Positions 1 through 12,143 of a stretch of DNA of 64,000 nt are shown here, in pieces. The notes under the pieces were generated by a model. It had not been told where the DNA came from and searched no databases. It saw nothing but the letters and a program-made list of their open reading frames with translations. Within the stretch, counting starts at the first letter, position 1. Each line of letters starts with the position of its first letter. The position numbers and the translations under genes are program-made. This DNA is from Octopus vulgaris (taxonomy: Eukaryota): contig OX597818.1 in NCBI GenBank assembly GCA_951406725.2, positions 47,988,001 through 48,052,000 on the forward strand, in the 5' to 3' direction.

Positions 1-103
1 GGTACAAGTGTCTATGGAGTACCCAGCCACTTGTTAATTTCACACAGGCTGTTCCGTTGATCGGATAAACTGGAACCCTTGTCATCGTAACCGACGGTGT
101 GAC

Positions 104-104
<1 letters not shown>
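1..104 (+). mobile_element. 3' fragment of tRNA-derived SINE family C
   Basis: Matches the 3' tail of the full copies at 2355-2719 and 6476-6856 (ctcagccactt...ggctgttccgttgatcggat...cgtaaccgacgg). Confidence 0.8.
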
Positions 105-154
<50 letters not shown>

Positions 155-357
155 TGTAAGGAGGTGCTTTTCCATCCACCAAAGTAAATGGAGCCGTGGA
201 CAGGAAGTGTCGAACGATGAAAATAAGTGCTCAACTCCATATTCGTGGATAGAACTTCTTTATTTGTGCATTAAATCTACTATTGGTTTCATGTTCAGAA
301 AAATATCTTAATATCTTGACAATTTTTCAAGCCGATCACATGGATCCAATTTGGATA

Positions 358-360
<3 letters not shown>

Positions 361-415
<55 letters not shown>

Positions 416-575
416 ATGGGCTGCTTTTATTTTCCGTCAACCAAATCCAATCACGAGGCTTTGGTCAGCCCAAGGTTCGAGTAGAAGACACTTGGTCAAG
501 ATGAAACATAGTGGGACTGAACCCGAGACTATGTGGTTGGGAAGCAAACTTCTTGCCACCCAACCACGCCTGCGT
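361..575 (-). mobile_element. SINE family B, 5' part with internal (CA)n
   Basis: Reverse complement matches the head and body of the copy at 42889-43339. Confidence 0.75.
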
Positions 576-828
576 CTGCATGTATGTATGTATGTATATA
601 TATACACACATATGTAAGCCCCAAGGTATGTTTTTTTGTGTTAAAGTGTATCTACAGGAGTGTTCACCTGAAGAGAAGAGTGGAACCGTTTTTGACTGCT
701 TTTTCTAGACATGTAATAGATTTTGCAACCCTTTCCATTGTGATTTATTCGTAATTATACACACTTCCTTTTTGAAATCTTTTGATTACATGTTTGGCCA
801 TTGATATATTCGTAAATAATCATGAATT

Positions 829-980
829 GGCGGTGATGGTGGTGGTGGTGGTGGTGGAGGCGGCGGCGGTGATGGTGGTGGTGGTGGTGGTGGAGGCGGC
901 GGCGGTGGCAGCGGCGGCGGTGGTGTTGGTGGTGGTGGCGGTGGTGGTGGTGATGATGATGATGATGTTGGTGGTGGCTG
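829..980. repeat. (GGT/GGC/GAT)n trinucleotide tract
   Basis: Direct reading; explains the poly-V and poly-P ORFs. Confidence 0.95.
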
Positions 981-1902
981 ATTGATGAGCTTTCCGGTGT
1001 ACCGTCTTATCTTTCCCGCTTTCAAATTGCTGATTTGAGGACTTGACTCAGGCATTTTCGGAACATGGAAAAGTTCTGACATACACAAAATTCAAACCAT
1101 TTTTTTTTTACCTGTTGCCGCTTGACATCCTGCATTGCCAGACAACAGCCATCCTCAATATCTCTTAAACAATCCGAACCAAATTATCAGGTGTTTCCTT
1201 ACCAATCACTCAACAATGATCCCCAAGAAAATTCCTACTCTCCCTTTTCTGCTGGTAATTTATAAATTTCCTCCGAAATACTGCCTAACAAGAAAGCTGG
1301 ACATTTACAATAACAGCAAAAACCCTTCAGGGTAGGCGCAGGTTGTGTGGTTAAGAAGGAAGTTCACTTGGAAACTACGTGATTTCGGATTCAGTTCCAT
1401 CGCACGGCTCCTTAGGCAAATGTCTTTTACTATCACTCCGGGCCGGCTAATGTCTTGAGAGTAAATTTGGTGGACGGAAACTGAATTGAAGCCCTCCCAC
1501 CCTATGACCGTTACCTTTAAGCTGGAGAATAAAAAAAAAACTGGTTTTGAATGGTACATATTCATTAATAAATTTCCTGGAAATTTATTAATGAATATCT
1601 TCTCAGGATCATCGAATAGTCTACGAAGGACATTATGAAACCAGGCAGACTTGACCAATTGAGCTAACGATTACAATCTCCCGAAAGGTGGTGGTGGTGG
1701 TGGAACAATATTACAGGAACCGGACAATTTCGTATTCTTCTAAAACTTAGTCATAGATAAGGGCAAGATGCCTATCTGTTCTAAGCGTGTAAGAACAGAA
1801 AAAAAAATGGGAATTAAAAGATAAATGAATATTTTTGACAGAGTCAAAAAATTACCCAGAAATCATTGTAATTTGTCTTGGCATCGATTGCCAGCGGACA
1901 CA

Positions 1903-1945
1903 TGCTGCTGACGAAGTTCCAAAAAGCAGAAATTCGCGTCTAGCA
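1903..1945 (+). ncRNA. Degenerate minimal hammerhead-like motif, probably a PLE relic
   Basis: tgctg-CTGACGA-(poorly paired helix II)-GAAA-ttcgc-GTC-tagca; helix I tgctg/tagca can pair. Confidence 0.4.
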
Positions 1946-2354
1946 ATACCAACACAGCTACTGCACGATTTTTGTCTTTTACTGACATATTTCTGTATTA
2001 TTTAACACATTACACCCCTAAGACATATTATCTCCGAACGAATACCGCAAGCGATGCAAAAATATTATTTATGCCTTCAATACATTTTTGATACAAGCCA
2101 TAGCAGAAAGTATTGTACTGGAGTGTGATAGAACTAAATTCTTTGAACTGCAATACTAGAAATCTACAAATGAACTTATTACATACTGCACAATAAATCT
2201 AACACACAACGGCTGTATGTCCTTTGAGGAGAACATAAGGGAGGACGGACTTTTGAGTGTTAGGGAAGAATATAAAAAGGTAATGATTAATGCCATCCGC
2301 CACCTTCCCAACTTATAAGACAATGATCGAACAAAGTAATAAATCGATTATAAC

Positions 2355-2719
2355 GGAGGCGCAATGGCCCAGTGGTTAGGGCAGCGGACTCGCGGTCGTA
2401 GGATCGCGGTTTCGATTCCCAGACCGGGCGTTGTGAGTGTTTATTGAGCGAAAACACCTAAAGCTCCGGCAGGGGATGGTGGTGATCCCTGCTGTACTCT
2501 TTCACCACAACTTTCTCTCACTCTTACTTCCTGTATTTCAAAGGGCCGGCCTTGTCACTCTCTGTGTCACGCTGAATATCCCCGAGAACTACGTTATGGG
2601 TACACGTGTCTGTGGAGTACTCAGCCACTTACACGTTAATTTCACGAGCAGGCTGTTCCGTTGATCGGATCAGCCGGAACCCTCGTCGTCGTAACCGACG
2701 GAGTGCTTCCATTCCATCC
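2355..2719 (+). mobile_element. tRNA-derived SINE family C, full length
   Basis: A box tggcccagtgg, B box gtttcgattcc; 12-bp TSD aaatcgattata at 2341-2352 and 2720-2731. Confidence 0.92.
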
Positions 2720-2839
2720 AAATCGATTATATCTGTAGAAACATAATTCCCACAAAAAATAGGACTGGACATCGAATGGAGAAAGCCTAAACGTCAAAAA
2801 ACCAACAGAAAGTCAAGCCCATAAAAACATGCCTATACA

Positions 2840-3023
2840 TTCTCTTTTACTCTTTTACTTGTTTCAGTCATTTGACTGCGGCCATGCTAAAGCACCGCTT
2901 TTAGTCGAGCAAATCGACCCCAGGACTTATTCTTTGCCAGCCTAGTACTTATTCTATCAGTCTCTTTTGGCGAATTGCTAAGTTACGGGAACGTAAACAC
3001 ACCAGCATCGGTTGTCAAGCGAT
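2840..3023 (-). mobile_element. SINE family B, 3' fragment
   Basis: Reverse complement of the family tail gcatggccgcagtcaaatgactgaaacaagtaaaagag. Confidence 0.85.
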
Positions 3024-3380
3024 GTGTAGCCCCTTGTGGGTAGTAAGGAAATAGGTATTTCGTCTGCCGTTACGTTGTGAGTTCAAATTCCGCGTAGGTC
3101 GACTTTGCCTTTCATCCTTTCGGGGTCGATTAAATAAGTGCCAGTTACACACTGGGGTCGATATAATCGACTTAATCCGTTTGTCTGTTCTTGTTTGTCC
3201 TCTCTGTGTTTAGCCCCTTGTGGGTAGTAAAGAAATAGGTGTTCCTTCCGCTCTTTACATTCAAAAATGTCTTTTGTTCTTCCAGGGTCGATAAAATAAG
3301 TGCCAGTCAAGCACTGTGCTTGATGCAATTGACTCTCCCTCCCCACTAAAATTATTGGCCTTGTGCTAGAATTTGAAAAA
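3024..3380 (+). mobile_element. SINE family A: permuted young unit running into an older diverged copy
   Basis: Begins with the tail, junction gaaataGGTATTTCG near 3054, full body, second gaaataGGT near 3240, then degraded family-A sequence in register. Confidence 0.85.
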
Positions 3381-4222
3381 AATTATAATAATTAGTAAGT
3401 TAGATGCAATATGATCGAATGTGTAAGAAATTTGCTTCGCAATTACGAGGTCCAGAGTTCGACCCCACTTCACGACATTTGAGTCGTTTTCTATAGCCTC
3501 GAGTCGACTCATACCTTGTGAATGAAGAGAGCGTATACAAGCCTGTCAAGTGTATTCAAAAGGTGTAGTTTTATCAAATACTATATAACGCTGTTTCTGT
3601 CTGAGAATTTCGTTAAGGGTAAACTTGTCTGTAGAATGATCAGTTGCATTCACGTTAATTCAAGTGCTGGTGATTCAGTTGATTGAATAGCTGAACTTTT
3701 ATCGTCACATGACGGAGATCGACCACCATCATCACCAATTGATAAAAATGGAATGATACGCAACCACTTCATTGATAGATTACTTACAAGGCTAGACAGG
3801 CATGTTCAAAATACAGAACTACTTGGGACTGTATTGTTTGGGCATCTCACACTGTATTTGTGAACTTTGAACATTTTGGGAATGTTTTCTAATATCTCTC
3901 TAAATACTGTTAGAAGAAAGAAAACTCTTGATATATTTCTTAAACTGAGAATAGCAAAGATCATACGCGTGTTTCATTAATGAAAATGTTTCTTATGCAA
4001 ACTATTACTTCACAATCAGATTACAAGTAAGATTCTGTTGAAACGATGCATCTATCAAACTGCTATGAAATGACTTTAGGCTAATTTTTCTTTGTAATAC
4101 AATTTCTGGTGATTTGATAATGCAATCTGATCGTGAGGTAATACCATACGTAAATAACATTTTAGTAAAGAACATTTAATAACTTTGAGGATTTCTAAAA
4201 TAGAACAATACCACAACATTTT

Positions 4223-4448
4223 TTAAACCTTTCATTACCATATTTCTAATGAAATACATTGCCTTAATTACATAACATTTTTAAAGTAATGAAAAATAGT
4301 TAAACAACAGTAATTATAAAGCTAGTATTTAGAACATGAATTAACTTTGAATTTTGATGTAACGGTTTAATTTAGATCATTATAAGACAAGAACTTTGTA
4401 TCATAGAATCAAGCACGAACTCAGACGAGTTAGTATCAAAAGGGTTAA
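4223..4448. mobile_element. piggyBac-type MITE
   Basis: TTAA-acctttcattacc ... gtatcaaaaggg-TTAA: short imperfect TIRs between TTAA sites. Confidence 0.6.
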
Positions 4449-5304
4449 GGGAAGGGGGAATAGTCGTTTTGGTCGGCTCTAGTATTCGACTGTTACACTT
4501 TTTTTTATCGATCCCGGAAAGATGAAAATTACAGTCGACAACGATGAGATTTGAACTCAGAACATAAATGGATGTGACTAAGTTAATTGAGCGTTTTTGT
4601 TTCTGTAATTATCCAATATTAATTATATTCTGATGGCTTCTCCTTTCAAAACTTTCGTTTTTATTAAAATCTTCCATAAGCGATTTTATCAAAATTATAT
4701 TATAAAATTTGAAAAATAGAAAACTGTCATGTCTCAGATATCCAATCATAGACACTTTAGAATATCTATTTATGATAAGCTGCCTTTCTTTCTGTTCTCT
4801 GCACTTCACTGCCCAATATCTGTCCCCTTCTTCTCACTGTTATCTCCAGTATATTTTTGAGGTTTCGTAAATTCTCATCTGTTTTAAAATTTAACATTCG
4901 ATTTGACATGTTGACATCTAAAAGTCGCGTATTTTATTATAGAGACACGGACTGTCATTTTCTAACAATATTGGATGTGTTAGATGTTCATAAGAAATTC
5001 GAAACTTTACCTCCTCCCTTTACTACGGTTATGGAACATTTAAAGTGAAAAGTGTATTGTTTTACCTATTGCGTTCAAAATATTTATCGTAACTAATGAA
5101 TATCCCACTCAAACTGCTGTGGTTTAAATTACTACATTGTTTGTTTGGGACTGAGTGTGTATGTACATAGTGGCAACATTATTGAAGTATTGAGCTACAT
5201 TTACAAATATATTATATCTAGTACATACATACATGCATGCATACAGGCATATATATATAAATTAAGAAAAAAACAATCTTTTATCAATTCAACAAAGAAA
5301 AAAT

Positions 5305-5642
5305 TAAAGACGGAGACTGAAAGAAGCCCGTCGTATATATGTATATATAGATGTATGTGTGTGTGTATATGTGTGTGTGTATATATATATATGTGTGTGA
5401 GTGTGTATGTGTGTATTTGTGCTTGTTTGTCCCCCACCACCGTTTGACAACCAGTGTCAGTGTGTTTACTTCCCCGTAACTTAGCGGTTCGGCAAAAGAG
5501 ACGGAATAAATACCAGACTTTTAAAGAAAGAAAGTAAGTACTGGGAGGGGGGGGGGGATTCATTCGACTAAAAATTCCACATGGCGGTGCCCCAGCATGG
5601 TCGCAGTCTAATGATTGAAGTAAGTAAGAGATAAAAAATAAA
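5305..5642 (+). mobile_element. SINE family B, 5'-truncated, with internal (TG/TA)n
   Basis: agacggagactgaaagaagcccgtcgt...ccagcatggtcgcagtc matches other family-B copies. Confidence 0.8.
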
Positions 5643-5949
5643 AGTATTCTATGGGTCTGGGGAAGCTCATTTCCAGGATACCACAGAAGAGACTTTTGTT
5701 AAAAACCTCAAAAGAGATTTACGGGGACCTAACGAGAAACTTCCCAGGTAACAAAATGTTCCTGATCAATGAAGAGAAGAACCTTTTGAAAAGAGCTGTC
5801 AACTTGCCGAGCAGTTTAAAGTACCTGTCCTTCAAGATTAAAAATACTCTTCCCAATGAAAAAACTAGATTTTCCGCTCTTTCACACCAAGTTAAGTGAT
5901 ATCTCTCCGCCCAACATAACCGTACTGAAATTTGAGTGAGCCTAGATGC

Positions 5950-6295
5950 AAAGTGGGACCAAGGTCACTAAATGTGGATATAGTAGCCATAAATGAGATT
6001 AGGATTCCTTGCGTGCAATCACTCATACTTCTAAATGATTACTAGGCACATTCATCTTTTAAGTGGCTTGGATCGAGGTGGAAGTATTGTTACTCTAACT
6101 CCTGGATCTCAAGGCACTTCTGGGATCCGAACAGTAAATCGATGATCCTTGATGGGAACAACATTGAAAATGGTGACTTCAAATTAGAGGCCGTTTCAGC
6201 ACCGACTGTGGAATAACTGCTGATCCTCTTCAAATGTCTAGAGTCGTTCTTGGGAACGGCTCTTTCGTTAGTGCTGATAGAGGACTAGAATAGCC
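5950..6295 (+). pseudogene. Degraded APE endonuclease of an L1/Tx1-like LINE
   Basis: Manual translation gives RSLNVDIVAINEIR, DFKLEAVSAPT and LESFLGTALSLVLIED*N, resembling the D(I)xxxQE, VYAP and GDxN motifs; stops and frameshifts present. Confidence 0.55.
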
Positions 6296-6475
6296 ATCGA
6301 TATTTGGAGCGAGGTCCATAATGCATCTGGTTTCAAACATTTTTTCGAAGGCTGAATTGCTTCAATATACAGTAGCATCTGATCAGGGGCCACCTACAGA
6401 AATTGTATTGAATCATATGTTTTGTCTGTCACAGTAGTTCACTGCTATTGCTCTTGTATATTTTGGAAGTGGGGT

Positions 6476-6856
6476 GGAGGCGCAATGGCCCAGTGGTTAG
6501 GGCAGCGGACTCGCGGTCATAGGATCGCGGTTTCGATTCCCAGACCGGGCGTTGTGAGTGTTTATTGAGCAAAAACACCTAAAGCTCCACGAGGCTCCGG
6601 CAGGGATGGTGGTGATCCCTGCTGTACTCTTTCACCACAACTTTCTCTCACTCTTACTTCCTGTTTCTGTTGTACCTGTATTTCAAAGGGCCGGCCTTGT
6701 CACTCTCTGTGTCACGCTGAATATCCCCGAGAACTACGTTAAGGGTACACGTGTCTGTGGAGTGCTCAGCCACTTACACGCTAATTTCACGAGCAGGCTG
6801 TTCCGTTGATTCGGATCAACGGGAACCCTCGTCGTCGTAACCGACGGAGTGCTTCC
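6476..6856 (+). mobile_element. tRNA-derived SINE family C, full length
   Basis: Nearly identical to 2355-2719; 12-bp TSD attttggaagtg at 6460-6471 and 6857-6868. Confidence 0.92.
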
Positions 6857-7079
6857 ATTTTGGAAGTGAAGCCATAGCAGTGAAATCTAGGAGTGCTGAG
6901 GAGCATCCTGTCCGAATGTTGGCTTAAATGAACGACATCACCATCAAAGTGTGGGGAGCACTATGGAAGTTATTATTATTCAATTGTCTTATTTCTGCTG
7001 GACTTTCACGGTACGCACTACTGAGCACATCTCTGGATATATGCAGCTTTTTTTCCGGTCTGTATTATTCTATTATAGT

Positions 7080-7295
7080 GGTTTCAAATTTTGGCATAAT
7101 GCCAGCAGTTTTGCGGGGAGGGGTTAAGTCGATTGCATCGACCCCTGTGCTCAACTAGTACTTATTTTATTGACCCCGAAAGGATGAAAGGCAAAGTCAA
7201 CTTCGTCGGTATTTGAACTCGGAACATAAAGACGGATGAAATGCTGCTAAGCATTTTCCCCGGCGTGCTAACGATTCTGCCAACTCGCTGCCTTA
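7080..7295 (-). mobile_element. SINE family A, older tail type
   Basis: Reverse complement contains the B-box-like gagttcaaat and the gcctttcatcctttcggggtc core. Confidence 0.8.
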
Positions 7296-7499
7296 TAATT
7301 TTATGATATTGAAAGTATTCTATGTGCACAGTTTATTGTATTGAAAGTGCTCTGTCGGCAGTGCCTAGTAGGGCTATTTTGTTTTACATAATGTGCATAT
7401 TTGGAAGTCCTAATGACTCTTTCATATATTTATCTGCAAAGTTTTTTGTTATTATTTCCAATTATCAGGTGTTTCCTTACCAATGTACCAATTACTATT

Positions 7500-7538
<39 letters not shown>

Positions 7539-7539
<1 letters not shown>

Positions 7540-7935
7540 CAAGCTGGCAGAAATGTTAGCACGCCGGGCGAAATGCTTAGCAGTATTTCGTCCGCCGCTG
7601 CGTTCTGAGTTCAAATTCTGCCGAGGTCAACTTTGCCTTTCATCCTTGCGGGGTCGATAAATTAAGTAGCAGTTACGCACTGGGGTCGATGTAATCGACT
7701 TAATCCGTTTGTCTGTCCTTGTTTGTCCTCTCTGTGTTTAGCCCCTTGTGGGTAGTAAAAAAATAGGTATTTCGTCTACCGTTACGTTCTGAGTTCAAAT
7801 TCCACCGAGATCGACTTTGCCTTTCATCCTTTCGGAGTCGATTAAATAAGTACCAGTTATGCACTGGGGTCGATGAAATCGACCAGTCCCTTCCCCCAAA
7901 ATTTCAGGTTTTGCGCTTTTAATAAAAAGGATTAT
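7539..7935 (+). mobile_element. SINE family A dimer: young-tail unit followed by old-tail unit
   Basis: Head gctggcagaaatgttagc, junction aaataGGTATTTCG near 7766, second unit ends in the ccccaaaatttcagg tail; follows a (TAA)n tract. Confidence 0.88.
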
Positions 7936-9124
7936 TACAGGGGTAGTTTCTAATTTAAAACCCATATTATGGTAATCTTTGTTTCCAGATTTTTACAAAT
8001 GGATAATTCCTCCATTTTTTTAGGGATATATCGCACTTAACTTGTAGGCTATATGTATATATATATAAATGTACGTGCAGGTGTTTATGCAGCCGTGCGT
8101 GGTTTTGAATCTTGTGGAGTAGACACAAACGTTCAGGGTGAGTTTTGTGGAGCGTGTGCAATGTAAAGCTGAAAGCAAGAAATGGAGAGAAAAACGTGGA
8201 AGTCATACTTCGTGCCTGTACTACTTTACGGTGCCATCATAGTTTACAAGCTACCTTTCCAAAGTCCAACAACCTCTCCGGACCAAAACAAAGAATAGGA
8301 ATCCACCCACACAAGAATATAGTCTACTGATATTTAATAAAAAATAAAATTTGCAACTGCTCCTGAGAATATTCTTACTGTATAGCATTGCATGCTGTGC
8401 GTTAATTGACAACTTCTGCTGAGTTCGAGTCAGCAGTAAATTTTAAAAATCTTTTATACATTTCTGCAGTAAATTAAATCGCAGTTCAGGCTTAAGGCTG
8501 TCGATTATTTAGCAGGTATGTTGTTCAAAAATCCTGAAAGAGAATATTTAGGAAATCGATAAACTCTAAGACCTACCATTTCCCACTACTGAAGTATTAA
8601 TTAATAGAATTAAAATTACGGAAGATTATTAAAAGACAAGAATGCAAAAAACCAAAACAACCTCTCGTAAATACATAAAATAAATGAAGCGACTTATATT
8701 TTATAAAGATGAGACATTGAATAATCTTACAATGAAACAAAACTGCATGTCACCAATGAGTGGGCGGTAGGAAAATTGAAGTTTGTGTAACAAATACATA
8801 TTTTTAAAATGCTTATCTTGGCAGACGTACACACATTTAAATCGTATAGCAGAGAGCGTGTCACGTTGTGGGAGCTTTTCTATTTTTCTGAATGGTATAG
8901 CTTAAGGGGAGTTAATTGGTGTCAACTGGGATTCGAAAACTACTCACTAGGAGCTTGACTTCTTTTCTTCATTGTATAATACAGGATGTCCCAGAATTAA
9001 CTATTTCAGTGAATTCGAAGAATTTTTTTAAAAACTCACTTTTATTTGTTTATCATGTTTAATATTTGTTAAAAGTGTATAGATTTTTAATTTCGCTAAT
9101 AATTTTATAATTCTTTCGTAATTT

Positions 9125-9536
9125 GAATCTTTTCGGTTTGAACGGCAGTTTTTTCTAGCGGTGTCATATGAAATTGTCACCCATAATTATGACCCTAGTA
9201 TCGATCTATTGCATTTCAATCTGTTTTAGGGTTAGGGTTAGGGTTAGGGGTGAGGGGAAGGGTATCTTTTTTTCTTCAGAAATGTAAATAAACCCAATCG
9301 AGGGACATATTCATACGGCACAGAATGTTTTTTTTACCTCAATGGACGTCAGTGTTTGGTTGAAATTGCAGAAATTGAAAAAAAGAACAACAAATATCTT
9401 ACAAACTATAGAATTTTCTCAATAAAGCCAAGAGAAAAATATGTTTTATAAACACATTCTACCAGTATACGAAGTTTAAAATTTTTAAGTTACCTAGAAA
9501 TTATGTTAAAAACTGCCGTTCAAACCGAAAAGATCC
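9125..9536 (+). mobile_element. MITE with ~28-bp TIRs and internal (TTAGGG)4
   Basis: gaatcttttcggtttgaacggcagtttt ... aaaactgccgttcaaaccgaaaagatcc; TTAGGG x4 at 9226-9249; inverted second copy at 46624-47075. Confidence 0.9.
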
Positions 9537-9676
9537 ACTCACTTTTATTTTCATTCCTGTTAGATCCCGCTTATCAATCACGATGGCTGTGGCGGGAAAA
9601 AACTTAAAATCAGGGACGAATTGCAAATACTTAAGACGCTAACATAGCGCATGAGTTAAGAAAAAGTAATTAAGCT

Positions 9677-9927
9677 TTAACCCTTTTGTTGCGGAAATCA
9701 CATACATCGACTCAAATTTTCACTACCCTTAACTGTGGAAAACAATTTTATATACCAAACAATATTTTGTCGAGGAATGTCATTTTTGAAGCTATTTTCT
9801 TTTGAGATATGTCAAGTTTATTGCGCTAACATGACTTGCAGAAAATACCAATTCTATTTTTTTTTTGTAGATAATTAACATCATTGCTGAATAACATTGA
9901 AATTTAATTTCGCAGTTAAAGGATTAA
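9677..9927. mobile_element. Possible piggyBac-type MITE
   Basis: TTAA-cccttttgttgcggaa ... ttcgcagttaaagga-TTAA; imperfect TIRs. Confidence 0.35.
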
Positions 9928-9992
9928 TTTTAACAATTCTTTGATGTACCACTTATAAAAATTGCTAATTTGGTCTTGATGCGTAAATTGTT

Positions 9993-9995
9993 ATA

Positions 9996-10031
<36 letters not shown>

Positions 10032-10174
10032 TGTATGTATGTATGTATGTATATTTATATTTATATATAAAGAGAGATAGATAGATAGATACATACATAC
10101 ATACATACATACATACATGTATGTATGTATGTATGTATGTATGTATGTATGTATGTATGTTTATATTTATATAT

Positions 10175-10234
<60 letters not shown>

Positions 10235-10260
10235 AACGAAGTCTCTCTCTCTCTCTCTCT
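9993..10260. repeat. Compound microsatellite (TATG/TAGA/TACA/CT)
   Basis: Direct reading. Confidence 0.95.
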
Positions 10261-10716
10261 CATTAAAATCAAAATGAGGGTGAAAAAATTGGATATTAAT
10301 GTGAAATCTTCAACCGGCGACAACTACTGCAGTGAATTATTTACGCAGTATTTATTTCCGGTTATTTAGCGCGCCTAAACGAAGACTTTTGAAAATAACT
10401 GCAAATGTAATAGGCAGAACTACATGCATTTTCAACCTCGTGTTGATATATGGCGTGAAGTTCTGCGAATTATATTCTGCATAGACGATCATACTGACGA
10501 TCTACAGATAAATTATGTAAGTAAAATTACATAATTTATTGATAGTGAAACAATTGTTTATGATTAATCTATATTTTTGTTACTTTTCATTTGTCGTGCT
10601 CGCTTACGTTTCTGGTTGCTAAATTTTCTGGAGAACAATTCTTAGTGGTTAAGACTATAGCGGATCTTCTTCTAGCATAAGGGTTTCCACATAGTGGTTT
10701 AAAAAATTCCCACTTA

Positions 10717-11099
10717 TCTCTCTCTATATAAACGGCAGTTTGTCTGTGCGTTTTCTGTGTGTCTGTTTTCTCGTACCCTCACTCTGACCACGGCTTTCAA
10801 CCGATTCTGATGAAACTTGACACACACATAGCCCAATGTCATAATTCAAAACTAACGCAGCGAAAATTTTGAAAAGTTCCCCCAGTTCTGAAAAAATCGA
10901 TAAATTCGACATGGGGTCGAGAATGAGAAACCCAAACCACAGACCGTCTAGGGGACGCAACTCCACCTGTTTTAACTCTCAAAAAAAATTTACCATCATT
11001 TTTTTTCCATTTTTTTGCTATTTTTTGGCTATAACTCTCTAAAAATGCTTTATAGTTATTTCCCTTACAAACCTGAGCAACGCCGGGCGATACTGCTAG
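10717..11099 (+). mobile_element. Non-autonomous Helitron-like element
   Basis: 5' TC start, 3' subterminal hairpin cctgagcaacgccggg followed by CTAG, inserted between A and T, no TSD. Confidence 0.8.
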
Positions 11100-11213
11100 T
11101 ATATATATATATATGTAAAACCAGATGGAGTGTATTTCCAGGGAGGCACTCGACCCGAATACCGGGCTATCAGCACTTTTGCGTTCCCGAGTAAATAATC
11201 CAATATATACATG

Positions 11214-11428
11214 TGAAGGCATGTGGCCTAGTGGCTAGGCTGTTGCACTAACGATCGCCAGATCGTCTGTTCGATTCCCTGAGTGGGTGGCGCATTGTGT
11301 TCTTGAGCAAAACACTTCATTTCACGTTGCTACAGTACCCCGCTTTCAGGGGAAAATGTTGGCCTGCAAATGTGCATTCTAACCCGCGATGTATAACAAC
11401 ATCTAATAGTCTGGTCGGTCACGTGATC
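11214..11428 (+). mobile_element. tRNA-derived SINE, head D with a distinct tail
   Basis: gtgaaggcatgtggcctagtgg A box, gttcgattcc B box, tgtgttcttgagcaaaacacttcatttcacgttgct core shared with 31144-31487. Confidence 0.7.
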
Positions 11429-11432
11429 AAGT

Positions 11433-11484
<52 letters not shown>

Positions 11485-11495
11485 TAAATAGATAT

Positions 11496-11528
<33 letters not shown>

Positions 11529-11529
11529 G

Positions 11530-11610
<81 letters not shown>

Positions 11611-11967
11611 GTCAGTAGCTGATTTCAAATTCGATGCCGAAAAAGGGTGTTCCGCACTATTTGGTATAAAAGAAGATGTTATCACATTTGAAATTATTTT
11701 AATTACTCAAGCCGATACAGGCATAATTGAGTGGTTAAGAAACTGGCTTTACAATCACGTGGTTTGGGGTTCAGTCCTACTTCATGGCATCTTGAACAAA
11801 TATCTTCGACTATAGCCCTAGGTCGACCAGTTTGTAAATTGGGGTCGATTCGTTCGACTACCCGGTGGTTCTCAATCGTTTTTATTGTTTTTTTTACCTA
11901 TGGACTCTTTTGATTCTTCTTTTACTCGAGCCAATCCTCATAACCATTCCATATTTTAAAAAAATCT

Positions 11968-12143
11968 AAATGCTTAGCGGTATTTCGTCTGCCGTTACGT
12001 TCTGAGTTCAAATTCCGCCGAGGACGACTTTGCCTTTCATCCTTTCGGGGTCGATAAATTAAGTACCAGTTACGTACTGGGGTCGATCTAATCGACTGGC
12101 CCCCTCCCCCAAAATCTAGGCCTTGTGCCTAGAGTAGAAAAGA
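11968..12143 (+). mobile_element. SINE family A, 5'-truncated
   Basis: Family core sequence; short flanking direct repeat aatctaa. Confidence 0.85.

Noticed and set aside
8081-8137. 57-nt candidate exon (cag|...VYAAVRGFESCGVDTNVQ...|gtgagt)
   Set aside because: Good donor but no polypyrimidine tract, no recognisable protein similarity and no partner exons
9226-9249. True telomere or chromosome fusion site
   Set aside because: Only a few TTAGGG units, internal to a TIR element that recurs elsewhere in the window
10508-10539. 13-bp AT-rich hairpin
   Set aside because: Short and AT-rich; plausible by chance or slippage in this composition
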